NCBI GenBank assembly: GCA_013239625.1
Contig: MU053629.1
Location: forward strand, 1,391,567-1,455,566
Length of the DNA: 64,000 bases
From: Lama guanicoe
Taxonomy: Eukaryota
Direction: 5' to 3'
Position numbers and translations under genes: made by a program. Positions within the stretch are counted from its first letter, which is position 1; each line of letters starts with the position of its first letter. Under the pieces are notes generated by a model. That model ran no database searches. It was not told where the DNA came from and saw nothing but the letters and a program-made list of their open reading frames with translations. Below, piece by piece: positions 38,400 through 49,632 of this stretch.

Positions 38400-38550
38400 T
38401 TCTGCTACATTTGAACATGTGACCCCAGCCCAAATATTTAGACACTTTCAACCTCATTTCTTCATCTGTAAAATGGGATAAATTACCTTATCTCACAGGC
38501 TAAAAGGATTTAAAGACAGAGCAGCACTGGCACATAGTATTGTTGAGTAT
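38400..38550. mobile_element. MIR remnant
   Basis: cctcatttcttcatctgtaaaatgggata...gcactggcacatagta. Confidence 0.65.
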
Positions 38551-38967
38551 CCACTAAACCTAGTTCTTCCAGTAATCAGCTTGGTGGGGGGAGGTGTTAG
38601 AGGAACAGCTGAAGACGGCAGGGCAGGGAGGGCGCTGGCTCCTTCTCTCTCTGGTTTCTTCCTGCATCAGCATTATTCCAGATTCTTAGAGGAAGGGATC
38701 ACTTAACACCTTTGGGCTTGAACACCTTCTTAATCCTTACAACCACCCTAAAGGTAATAATTTCTCCCACCTGATGATGAGGTGGTTCACACATTTGTTC
38801 TGGGTCACAAAGCAAGTAAGTCAGAGACAAATCACTTGAGCTCCCTGGGCCAGTTTCCTCTTTCACAAAACTGGGGTGGAGGGTTGATGTGAAGACTAAG
38901 GAAGGCATGTGAACTCAGGAAGAAGGGATGTACTCAGTGTATGAATGTGGCCATGCTCAGTCTATTT

Positions 38968-38993
38968 CCTCCCTCCCTCCCTCCCTCCCTCCC
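38968..38993. repeat. (CCCT)n simple repeat
   Basis: cctccctccctccctccctccctccc. Confidence 0.85.
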
Positions 38994-39949
38994 TTCGAAG
39001 CTGAGCTGGCCCAGGCAGGTGTAGTCAAGGGGCTATGGGGGAGACTGATGGGGAAAGGGAAAATCCTGGGGCCAGACTCCAGCTCCCTCTGCCTACAAGC
39101 CAAATCCTGCACCCACCAGACAAGTCCTTCTGGACTGGAAGCAGTCTGGTTCTGCTTGCTCCAGGGAAATAATGGGTTACAATTGCCTAGAGAATACCCT
39201 GTGAAGGTTCTTGACACCCCAGATCTCACTTAAACCTCACAACCACTCCACTGGTAGGCCCCACCCCCCTCCAAGGTAAAGTAAGGTTCAGTGAGTGACT
39301 TAATCAAGGTTACACCACAAATAAGCCAAGTCCAACTTTGCTCAAGGTCTCTCTCTCCAGCAGGTGCTGGTAAGGTAGGGCAGAGAGACCCCCAAGCTTT
39401 CTGGACAAGCTGCCCATGTCCCTGATTGTACCACTTCAGGCCTGGGTCTAGCTACCCCTGGTTCCTGACCTTTTCCAGTAGGGTTGCCCCACTCAACTGA
39501 ACTGAAATCAGGTGCTTAGAACCCACAGCCAAAACTCGGAGACCGCCTCCCATGGCCTCAGGGGTTGAAATGGACCTGTCTCTAAGCCACCCCACAGGAC
39601 ACCCTTCCTCCTAGTTCCCTACTGTCAGGAGCATCAGGGCCTCCAGGGTTTGAAGCTAGACTGGAAAGATCACCATGCACTGCTTCCCTCACCCACACGC
39701 AAGTCCATAGAAAACCAAAGAAAGTACAGTCGTCCCTCCTGCAACCAGCAACCCCTAAGCCCACAACAGGACTGGGACTTGGTTCTTCACTGGGTGCTCC
39801 TGGGACTAAGAGCCCAGGCAGAGGCAAATATGGTGGTGTGGAGTAGCAGAAAGAGCAGGGGAAGAGAGACAGAAGCCCTGGATCAGATCCCGGCTGTGTC
39901 ACCGCGGACCAGTTCCTGAAACCCGCAGTGCCCGTTCCTCCTCTGTAAA

Positions 39950-41060
39950 ACGCTGGGGGCCCTGCCGGGTCTCCCAGAGCTGGCACGGGGACCAACCAAC
40001 CAGGGAGCTCCGGGACGGGGCGTGGCCTGGGGCGGCCGCGCGCTACCACGCTAACCGCACCCTCCAAGGCCCCAGCCCGCGGTCACCGCGTTCTCTCCGC
40101 AGGTGCCCCAACCTGGCATCCGTCACGCTGTCGGGCTGCGGCCACGTCACCGACGACTGCCTGGCGCGTCTGCTGCGCTGCTGCCCGCGCCTGCGCGCGC
40201 TGCGCCTGGAGAACTGCGCGCGCATCACCAACCGCACGCTGACAGCCGTGGCGGCGCACGGGCGCGCGCTGCAGACGCTGCACGTGGACTTCTGCCGCAA
40301 CGTGAGCGCGGCCGGCCTGCGCCGCCTGCGCGCCGCGTGCCCGCGCCTGACGCTGCGCGCCGAGCACAGCGCAGCCATGATCCCCGATCAGCCCCCGCGC
40401 GGCCCCCACGCGCCCAGCGCCGCCCTCCGCAAGCTGCTGCTGCGCTAGGCCTGTCCCGCCGTGGGGAAGACACCTGTCCTGGGCCTCCGGGCGGAAGGAG
40501 CGACGTGGCTTCGAACTCTAGTTCCTAGACTGCCGTCACATCCTCAGCCAACACGGGGATACAAACGCCTACCTCACATTACGATTTTATACATGGGCTG
40601 ACTGCGAGCTCAGGTGGCGGAATAGGAAAACACTCAGGTGTTTCTCACTCAACACTAGCATCCTTCCCTGTCTGCCCTGCGCACCGGGTTCTCTTCCTGG
40701 CTCGACCCGCAGTGGCAGGAGGCCCTACCCCATCCTCGGGGGGGCTGAGGCTTCGGAAGGAGAGGGGTGAAAATAACCAGGGCGGGGAGGCGGGGCCACC
40801 CCGAGCTCGCCGGCCGCTCTCTGGGCGGCGGCAGGGCTCCGAGCTGGCCAAGCGCAGGGCGCCCTGGGAACAGGGAAGAGTGACCACCCCCACCCCGGCC
40901 CAGCGGTCCTGCGAGTGATCTCGGTGCTACCACAGCGGGAGGAGAGGAATCGCGGGCGCAAGGACCAAGGGAGCCATCCAACCGGCTACCTAGGCTCCCG
41001 CAGGGCCTTTGCTCCACGCCCAACCCAGCCCACTCGCCTGTTTTCGGGCAGATGCATTCC
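39950..41060. promoter_or_regulatory. Intragenic CpG island over FBXL22 exon 2 and 3' UTR
   Basis: Very high GC and CpG density by eye; GC boxes at 40780-40795 (gggcggggaggcgggg). Confidence 0.8.
40103..40448 (+). CDS. FBXL22: FBXL22 exon 2 (cysteine-containing leucine-rich repeats, stop)
   Basis: ctctccgcag acceptor; [72 protein letters not shown]...KLLLR*; spliced CDS is 681 nt (226 aa). Confidence 0.93.
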
Positions 41061-41156
41061 TAGGAGTGACTGCACACGCAATTCTAGAAAATCCGCCTGT
41101 CGATGTGATTCTTTCACAAATTGCATTGTTATCCTTATTTTCTACCGTTTACCCAT

Positions 41157-41249
41157 AATAAAAGGGGGGGGGGGAGAGTCATTTGAAAAGCCTAAAGCAA
41201 AGACTTAAAAACAAAAGCAGCAGCCCTGGTTAAATCCTTTGATAATAAA
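41157..41249 (+). terminator. Candidate FBXL22 polyadenylation signals
   Basis: AATAAA at 41157-41162 and 41244-41249, about 700-800 nt after the stop. Confidence 0.55.
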
Positions 41250-41569
41250 ACCGTTAAAAGCTGATGTAAAGTTAAAATTTTACCTGCTAGATTTGCTGGA
41301 CGTGGGCACACGCCTGGACTTCAATTTCAGGGCTTTAGTCACTGATGTCTCACCTTTAGCCACCAAAGTCTCTAGGTCATCGAGCAATCTCTTGGTCCCA
41401 GGTACACAAGAGAGGGTGGTGGTGGAGGAAACTTTGGGCAAGAGGAGAAGGCAGGGAGGATTGTGGTCTGGCTCCTCCCATCACCAGCTGAGACCAAGGC
41501 CCTGTAACTACCTGAGGCCAGGTGTTTCTTCTTTGTTAAAGGGGCTCTGATCCTTACTCACAGGTACCT

Positions 41570-41900
41570 TAATTCGTTGCCAAATATTGGGAAAACAGCA
41601 AGGAAAAAGAGACATTCTATTCTCAAGGAGCTTACGTTCTAGTAGGGCAAGACACAGTAATTGGTGTCTAAGAAGATAGTAAGTACTGGAGGAGAGGGGA
41701 AACACAGGGTAAGAGGGTATCTGGGGATTGCTGGCAAGTGCTGGGAGAGGGGGAAGCAACTTAAAAGGGGTCGACCAATATTAAGCCCTATTGAGAAGGT
41801 GGCATTTGAGAAACAAAGTGAGAGAGGGAGCATTTGGAAGGAAAATATTCCAGGCAGAGGGAACTGCCCAGTGCAGAGACCCCAGACTAGGAGCATGGCT
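41570..41900 (-). mobile_element. L2 3' remnant
   Basis: tctcaaggagcttacgttctagt...gagaaggtggcatttgag...ttccaggcagagggaactgc. Confidence 0.65.
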
Positions 41901-43259
41901 GTTATTCCTGTGTATGCATTCCTATGTTACAGGAGAGACAAGAGAAAAAAGGGATGAGGGAGGCCTCACAGGTTATTATCATTATGAGGATGAAATGAGA
42001 GCTGAAGATGCTCCACCCAGCCTACCCCAGCAGAAGCCAGGCCCCTAGATGATAATCCATGTGAAGGCCCAGAGGCGCTAATTTCTCCAGGCAGAACCTG
42101 TGGGCAGGCAAGCAGCACTCCAACCAGCTCAAAGCCCTCCAAGGACTGCTGAAGGCCTCAGTTGCTGCCCCTGGGCCCCTGGTTGCACCAGAGCTTAGCC
42201 CAGAAACCAGTAGCCACAGAGCCAGACCGGCCGGCATAATCCCTCCTCGTTCCTGGGTGGTGAGAGCCAGCCCCACCAGGCCACCAGCTGCAGTGGAATG
42301 GGAGGGCCCACCACTAGCCTGTGAAACCTAGGCTGCTTCCATGATTTTGCAGTTTACCCATCACTGCTCTGGGCTCCCGAGAGAGGCTTTGCCTGGATTT
42401 AAATTTTCAACCACTACTGCAAACAATGTTGAAAGAAAGCTCTGGCTTCCAGGGAGTTAAATGTTTAAAATGGAGCCACTTAAAGCCCAAGGCTTTGCTT
42501 TCATCATCTCTGATAAGCCCCAATTCCTAGAGGTCCTGTTTGCCTTAAATTGGTGGTTCAGTCTGGCAAACAATGGGTTCCTGGTTTCTAGTTCTCCCCT
42601 GACCAAGGGCAGAAGAACCCTCTCTAAACCTCAGCTTTCTTATCTGTGTGTTGGGATGGCTAAAGAATCCTCCTTGCAGAGTTCTTTTAAGGATTATGAG
42701 ATTGTGTTTGTAAAGCAGAGGTCACTGTAAGTTCAGCTTGAATGTGGGTAACCTGCATTCCCCTGAGGCTCCTTTTCCCACAGAAGCTCTTTTATAAATA
42801 AGGGTGCAGTTCCCTTTGATGCGTAGTAAACCCCCACATGCCAGGACTGCAGTGATCACGGAACGAAAACTGTGCGGACAGCTGTGTCCAGCATTGTTTC
42901 TGAGGCTCTAATTCGGCCCCGCCCTCTCCTCGGGAGCTTTGGCTCCCTGAGCCTGGGGCCACCCGAGGTGACTCTCCACTCTGCCTTCTAATAGTCACTG
43001 TTCACATCACCAGGCACTGAGTAGAGCACTGGACAGAACACAGTGCCCTGCTTAATCTAAAAACACCTTTCAATGACTTCTCTCAGATTTTCATAGAACT
43101 AGGGGCACTGCGTGCCTGATTAATCCACCAACTCATTCATCTCACAAACATTTACAGGCTGTTGGCCATGGGCTGGACCAGGCCTACCTCAAGAGAGTCC
43201 TCTAGTCAGAAGACAGGCAGAGAGCAGGGTGTCTGGAGTGCTCTCTCAGCTCTGCCATC

Positions 43260-43380
43260 CATAACTTCTGACAAGTTATGACTTCTCTGAGCCTCCGTTC
43301 CTCTATTTGTAAAATAGGACCATACCCTGTTTGTGATACTGCAATAAGACTGTGTCCAAATATGTAGTGCCTGAAAGGCA
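43260..43380. mobile_element. MIR remnant
   Basis: caagttatgacttctctgagcctccgttcctctatttgtaaaatagg. Confidence 0.6.
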
Positions 43381-43805
43381 GACATAGCGAAAGGCATCCC
43401 ACATCTGCAGGGAGCTAGAAAAGCCAAGCCAGAACCCACAAGGCTCAGGCCTGAGGAAGCAGCAAGCTGGGTTTACATAGGAACACCTGATGGAGGACAC
43501 AGCCTTTGAGCTGAGCCTGGAAGACTGAGCCCAGCTCCCATAAGGTTACTGTCAGCAGGCACAGCTCAGCGAAGGCAGAGTCAGGAAGCCCAATGCATGT
43601 CCAGAGAAGGCTGAGCTGGGGGCGCTGGGAGCCTGACTTGGTTCCAGAGCTGCCTGGCGATGGCTTGGGAGTCATCTGTGCTCTCACAGCCTCCATTAGA
43701 ACAGACTGCAGACGCACCCCAGCTCCTGAATGGTTTTCACTCAGTTCTGGCCGAGGCGAAGTGAAAGTCAGGGGGAAGGTGCAGAACCTCAGCACCAGGA
43801 CAGGA

Positions 43806-43822
43806 CAGTGCCCCCTGGTGGG
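43806..43822 (-). promoter_or_regulatory. CTCF-binding motif between FBXL22 and the HERC1 3' end
   Basis: Minus strand reads CCCACCAGGGGGCACTG, close to the CTCF consensus CCACCAGGGGGCGC. Confidence 0.55.
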
Positions 43823-46239
43823 AGGCTAACCCCAGTCACCACGTCTTACTGGCTGGTCTGTGCAGGAACCTCAGCCCCAGCAGAGACTGGGGCCACAGGC
43901 TCTGAGGTCAGGGACTCCAGATTGCTCTCTGGGAGGCAGAGTCTGTGGCAGGGCATCGTGCTCTGAGGCTTGTCTTACAGGGACGTGCTGGCCTGTTTTG
44001 GCACAGGCTGTTTGCAGGGGACTGACTGAGCCCCCTCAAGGCCACCACTGGTGTGCTGACAGGGAGCCAGGACTCCCAGCTCTAGTCTGTAAGTTCCTGT
44101 GATCCAGCACTTTCCCTCTGCGTCTCTTGGTCTGTAAAGGGAGAGATCATCTGACCCCTCAGCCCTAAGATGCCTCCAGCTGTGGGATTCAATGCCCAAG
44201 ACTTGCTTTTTGCTAAAAGCCAAGTTCACCAGATGTAGGTTTCACCTGACTGGTAGTGCTGGGCAAAGGCCACAAAGCCGGGAGGCCAAGAACCAAGCTG
44301 CACCTTGAGGGGCCCTGGGGAAATCTTAAATTTTAAAGGCTAAGGGTCAAAGTTCTCTCAAGACTGTTTAAAGGTGACAAAAACTGCAAGGACCTGTTAA
44401 CTGAATGAGCCTAGCAAACAACAACAGCACAATGGCCTAAGCCTCAATGGGGGCTGAAAGCGAACTATGGGACCCCCCCCACACACACACAGCTGCACTA
44501 GGCCCATTTCAACTCCTCAGATCAGGGACTCACACCTCCCCCTCTCTCCCAGAGCTTCCACAAGTCAAGAGAATGAAGAAGAATGACAGGTCTCCAGCAA
44601 AGAAATGGCATCTGTTATAAAGCCAAGATGTCTGTGCAGGTTAGACCTCCTGAGAAGCCCATCCACTAGGCCTGGCAGGTGAGACCTGGAACCATGAGTG
44701 TCAGCCTGCTGTTGAGTGCCCGTCCCCTCAGTCCAGGTCAAACTGGCAGCAAAGGCCAGTGCCTCATGAAGGTCAAGGCCTTATTTTGATTTAAAATATT
44801 CTCTGAGACTGCAGGTGTAGCCTTCAGCTCAGCACACTCTCAGCCCAGCCCAGCAAGAGGGAAGAGTCATTTGTCACCAGGAGCCATCTGAGAAGGCCCT
44901 AAGAGACCCTTCCTGGCGTTGCCCAGATCTCAGGAGCACAGAGGCCTCTCTAAGAAAAGTTCCCTCCTGACCCAGTGGCCGGGGCAGTGCCTTCTGACCC
45001 ACCGAGTCAGTGCTTCAAGCACAGAGCCCTTCAGAGCAGCTCTCAGATCAAGTATTAAAGGCTTCCGAGGGTCCCCAGAAGCTGTGGTCTCTCTCTGAAA
45101 CACAACTCCAACTGAAGTCTCTTTTTCATAAAACCAAGATGTCAACATTCTAAATATTATCAGGCATATTCACTGGGAAATATCCACGTACCACATTATC
45201 TTAGCCAGCAAAACCGTATTTTCCTTCCAGTTTCTCTTTGCAAACACACGCCTTTTCCCTTCCTTGTAGAAAACGACTGCCCGTAAGGCTCCCTGTCTGG
45301 TGCCTCCCTTGGGTAGGCTGTCAGCCGTGACCTTGCCGTGAAGCATACTAGAAGCGGCTCGTGGCATGAAGTTGCAGTGGACGAAAGAGACAAGCCACCC
45401 AAAGGCCTTGCCCTCTTCCTGTTCCCACTCCCAGCAGCTGGAGCCTTCACGGCTGCTCTCCAGATGGCCCTTTCTCCCAGAACCGGATGCTCATTCTGAC
45501 ATGACTGAGGAAGCGAGCACATTGCCCAGAGCCTCCAAGGGCTGGATGTAAGCTCCAAGGGTATAACCCCTTCCCCAGCGCCCTGCACAACTCCCCTCCA
45601 TCCTTCATTCAAGGAGACAGAAGCCACTCATTAGTTCTCATGTTAATTCACACATTCACTCACTCATTCACATGGTCACTTGTTCATGTATGCTTAGTGC
45701 CTACCTAGTGTTAGCTGTCCTTTCTGTCCGCCTCCCATTTGGCTGCCCTTCCAGTGCAGATGACACGTTACTGTAAACTGCCCTGCTCTTTATTTCCATC
45801 AGTGGTTTTTTCACAGGCGGGGTCAGAACTGCATTCCTCTGGTTATCTTCCTCCTTGCCTAGCAGAGATCCATCCTGTACCAGGTCTCCTGGGGCTATTA
45901 CAAGAAAGGCTGCTGTTAGCATGTGACATTTTAAGCCAGCTACGGAGGAGGAGGAAGGGTAGTGTGAAAAGGAAGGGCCATGTGGCTGACACAAGGGCCC
46001 TGGAGTGAGGGAACACAGTGACAGACCAAGGATGACAGAACAAGTGAAGACAGGGGCTTCCACCTCGGGGGCTGATGCAACCCACGTGGCCCTCTGCTAT
46101 GTCACCAAGCAAAGCCCAGTGTGAAGAATGTTTCTGAGGGTCAGAAAGCTGTCAGAGTGTGACTAGCCTGAAGGCGCACTCTCTCTCCATCAGAAGCTCC
46201 AATGACAAAAGCATTCCATGTGCTGATTCCTGAATCGGC

Positions 46240-46245
46240 TTTATT
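46240..46245 (-). terminator. Candidate HERC1 polyadenylation signal
   Basis: tttatt (AATAAA on the minus strand) about 430 nt past the HERC1 stop, at the end of an AT-rich 3' UTR. Confidence 0.65.
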
Positions 46246-46676
46246 TCTCTGCATAAGGAACCCTGCACAGGCAATTCAAATTAAAACAAAATAAATATAT
46301 GAATATTCATGTAAAACTGTCCTTTCTAATGAACAATTATACACAATGTACAATTTCGTGTTCACTGGGTGGGTTTACAAAAATGTACCATTCCCAACTA
46401 AAAATGCACCAAAATGGTTCCATGCAAACTTATCAAAAGTGACCAAAAATATGGAGGAAAAAACCTGACTGAGAGCACTTTGTCATTTTTTTTGTACAAT
46501 CACAGAAAAATAAAAACATCTAGTTTCTTTGTTACATTAAGAGTAACTAAATGTGGCCACTGTTTATAATGTCGATTTATGTTCCTAAAACATCTATGTA
46601 GTTACCATAAAAGTCTATCAACATGAAATTGGAAGTGAGCATTACTGAGAAGAAAGGGGCGGCGGTGCCCTGGCGG

Positions 46677-46862
46677 TCAGTAGTCGGTGTCGGAGCCCTC
46701 GGCGTTGTCCACGTTCCGCGACAGCATGTAGTTGTCCATGTCTATCGAGCGGCAGTTGTTGATGGCGTAGCGCAGGCGCTCGGCCATGACCAGCTGGCTA
46801 GAGTAGGGGGGCAGCCTCAGCTGGAAGAAGCAGGTTTGTGAGGTAGGCAGACTGTCGTAAGG
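46677..46862 (-). CDS. HERC1: HERC1 last coding exon, with the HECT catalytic Cys and stop
   Basis: cag acceptor; PYDSLPTSQTCFFQLRLPPYSSQLVMAERLRYAINNCRSIDMDNYMLSRNVDNAEGSDTDY*; catalytic Cys codon 46830-46832. Confidence 0.97.
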   Translation of the reverse strand, partial: PYDSLPTSQTCFFQLRLPPYSSQLVMAERLRYAINNCRSIDMDNYMLSRNVDNAEGSDTDY

Positions 46863-48269
46863 CTGTGGAGAGAGAGACCCAGAGCCGTGGCTGCAGCAGC
46901 AGGGTATCATGGGGGAGCGGGGCTGCCCGTTCCCACCACCCCAAGTCGGGAGGGCATCCTCCCTGCCTTCAGGTGGATCCCACAGACACGGCTGACCGCA
47001 TGGCCACCCTGGGAGGGAGCAGAGACTGGCCGTGGCGGGCAGGGTGCAGGCTCTGGTGTCCCGTACCATCTAGGCTTTTGGCGAAGACGCTTCTTTCCTG
47101 TCCTCACTCCTCCCGTGCCCTCACGTGCACAGTGAGGAAGAGCCCTGACTGGCAGGGTTATTTGAGGGCACACAGTTTGCACAGTGCCATGGCTGCCAGC
47201 ACAGAGCCCAGGTGAGGAGGCAGTGAGTGAAATCCCAGCCCATCCATTGAACTGACAGCCGATGCGGTTATGGAAAATGATAGTTATGATAATTAGCAGT
47301 AAAACAGGAAAGGGCTGGGGTTAGATTGTTAGGTGAAAAAAGCAGAATAAAAAATTCTAAACGCGTTCATGCAAAAATGTGTGTGCTTGAGGCAAAGACT
47401 GGAAGGAAGTACACAAAGCTGAAAGGTGAAAATGGCGACCACTAAAGAGACAGAACTCCTGTCCCTCCTTGCAAACACTGTCCTGCTCTGTAAACACAAC
47501 TATTTCCCAAACTATTTGTAATGGCAGTAACAACTTTGCATTGTTTTTATAATTTTTTAAAGACTACTTTTTAAAAAAGAAGCCACCCTCTCTTTCTTGT
47601 TCACCTCCTTGAAACCAGCCCTCCTCGTCCTCCTCAAAGCCCAGCATCAGGTGAGTGCATTTCGAAGAGGCAGGAGACGGAGGGCCCAGAAGCCTTGTGG
47701 TGCCAGAGCCAGCGGTGACACAGACAGCTCAAACGCAGAAAAATCCCAGCCCACAGGCACTGACCAGTGATGTCAGCAGGTGGCTCTGATTTGGAAACTA
47801 GAGAAATGGTTTAAAAGCCACAAAGGAGAGACCCATAGCGCTCAGTCTTCTGAGGCTAAAAACCTCCCAGGCAGCGGATTAGTGGTGGCTTAACTCCTGG
47901 GATGGCAGGGTAGCCTGGGACAGAGAGCAGGCAAGGCTTTTTTCCAAAGTTGAATAGAAGCAAACCATTTCCCCCTCCCTACCTCTCTCTGAAGCAACAA
48001 AACAGATTTACAACTTATAGTTTCTGGCAAGTCATGTAGAAAATTTATGGAAAGGCCCTTTCATAGCCCTTCCTGTGCATGGCCTCTCCAGCAAGTCTAA
48101 CCCAGGAGTAGAACTCAGGCAGGCAGCCTTGGGAGGCAGCAGGCAAGGGACAGCTTTGACTACAGCAACTTCCAGGAATAGTCACTGGAAAAACACCAGA
48201 AAGACACACAGTGAAACCTGATGAAACTGGCTGGAAGGGCCCTTGTGTGGAGAGGCCCTTTCTGTTTCC

Positions 48270-48780
48270 AGAATAAACACATGGACCCAGCACCTGGGGA
48301 CTAAGGGAAGGAGAAAGAGGGAACACAGACACTTCAAACTTTATGCTGGATTTGGGGGTACACCAAGTGTCCAGGAGGTGGATATAAGGAGATCTAAGTC
48401 TGCCCTCAGGAATAGTCAGGGGCACAGGAAAGCATTCAGGAGGGCTTCCTGGAAGAGATGACACTGATGTTGGGCTTAAAGTATGAATAAGTGCTTGCCA
48501 GGCATAGATAGAAAAGGGTGGGAGGAGAACTCACTAAAGCAGAGGGAATAGCCTACACAAAGGCTTTTAAAAGAAGATTAAAAACAGCATGGTCAGTCTG
48601 GAGAAAGGCAAGCAGCCTATTATGGCCAGAACATATTGAGTGTCAAGAGGTGATATCAGAAAGTCGGCACAGGACTGACTGTCCTGGAGTCAACACAAGG
48701 GGCCCCTGAACGGTGTGAAAGGAGGAGAGTGACATGGTCAGATGGGTGCTTGAGAAAGATGACTCTGGCAGCAACGTGCA
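48270..48780 (-). mobile_element. L2 remnant
   Basis: agggcttcctggaagagatgaca...gcagagggaatagc...gagtgacatggtcagat...gaaagatgactctggcagca. Confidence 0.6.
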
Positions 48781-49326
48781 CTTAAGGCTCTAAGCCCTTT
48801 TATTCCTAAGCCATCTGTCAAAACAGCAGCTGGGCCGGGGCTCTGCGGCAGGGCCTTTCATCAGGCCACCGAGAAGCCGCACTGCCTGCTCCGTGATGCA
48901 CATACCACAAAGCAGCCGCGGAACACGTTCCTTCTGCAGCACGTGCACCAGTGAACAGTATCTTCATGAAAACAAGTAAACAAGGCCGTGTCCCAGTACG
49001 CAAGTCACACAATGGAAAGGTGCGGGAAGCAAGAGGCAGAGGCAACATGATGACCCTTCTGCCAGGCTTAGCTTTCACTCAGGAAGATTTACCAAAGGTT
49101 GTTAGTTATCCTGTGCTTTCTACATCCGTTTAGGACTTTTTTCACTGAAGTTATGTGATGTTTTTGAACAGGTTTTTCTATGATTTTTTAAAAATCTGGA
49201 AATTCCAAGCATTAAACCTGAACTGGCAGGCCCACTTGACGGTCACAGTTTGGTATTCCCAGCACGCAAGCCACAGGAAGCAGTAAGGACGGGTGCTATC
49301 AAGGAAGGAAAAAATACCTTACTTAC

Positions 49327-49632
49327 CCTATCAACCTTCATGATTTGAAATCTCTGAGAAATGTCAGCAGTGTTGGCTGGTAGTCGAGATCTTCCAGACA
49401 CAAACCTCATGAAAAGCACCCGCTCCTCGTTGGAGAACTCCTCCAGCGTGTGCCAGAACCACTGCACCAGCTGATGCTGCTCGTCCACCTCCCGGTACCG
49501 CACCACCTTCTTCAAGACTTCTACAGAGATCTCGGGCATGCCACACACCATCTGCTCCAGCTGCTTCGCTGTGAGGAGGGACAGCAGCGGCACGGGGACG
49601 ATCCAGGACATCCCTTCTCGGACCGCAGCCAC
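49327..49632 (-). CDS. HERC1: HERC1 exon (HECT domain)
   Basis: VAAVREGMSWIVPVPLLSLLT...QWFWHTLEEFSNEERVLFMRFVSGRSRLP...KVDR; tag acceptor and gtaagt donor. Confidence 0.97.
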
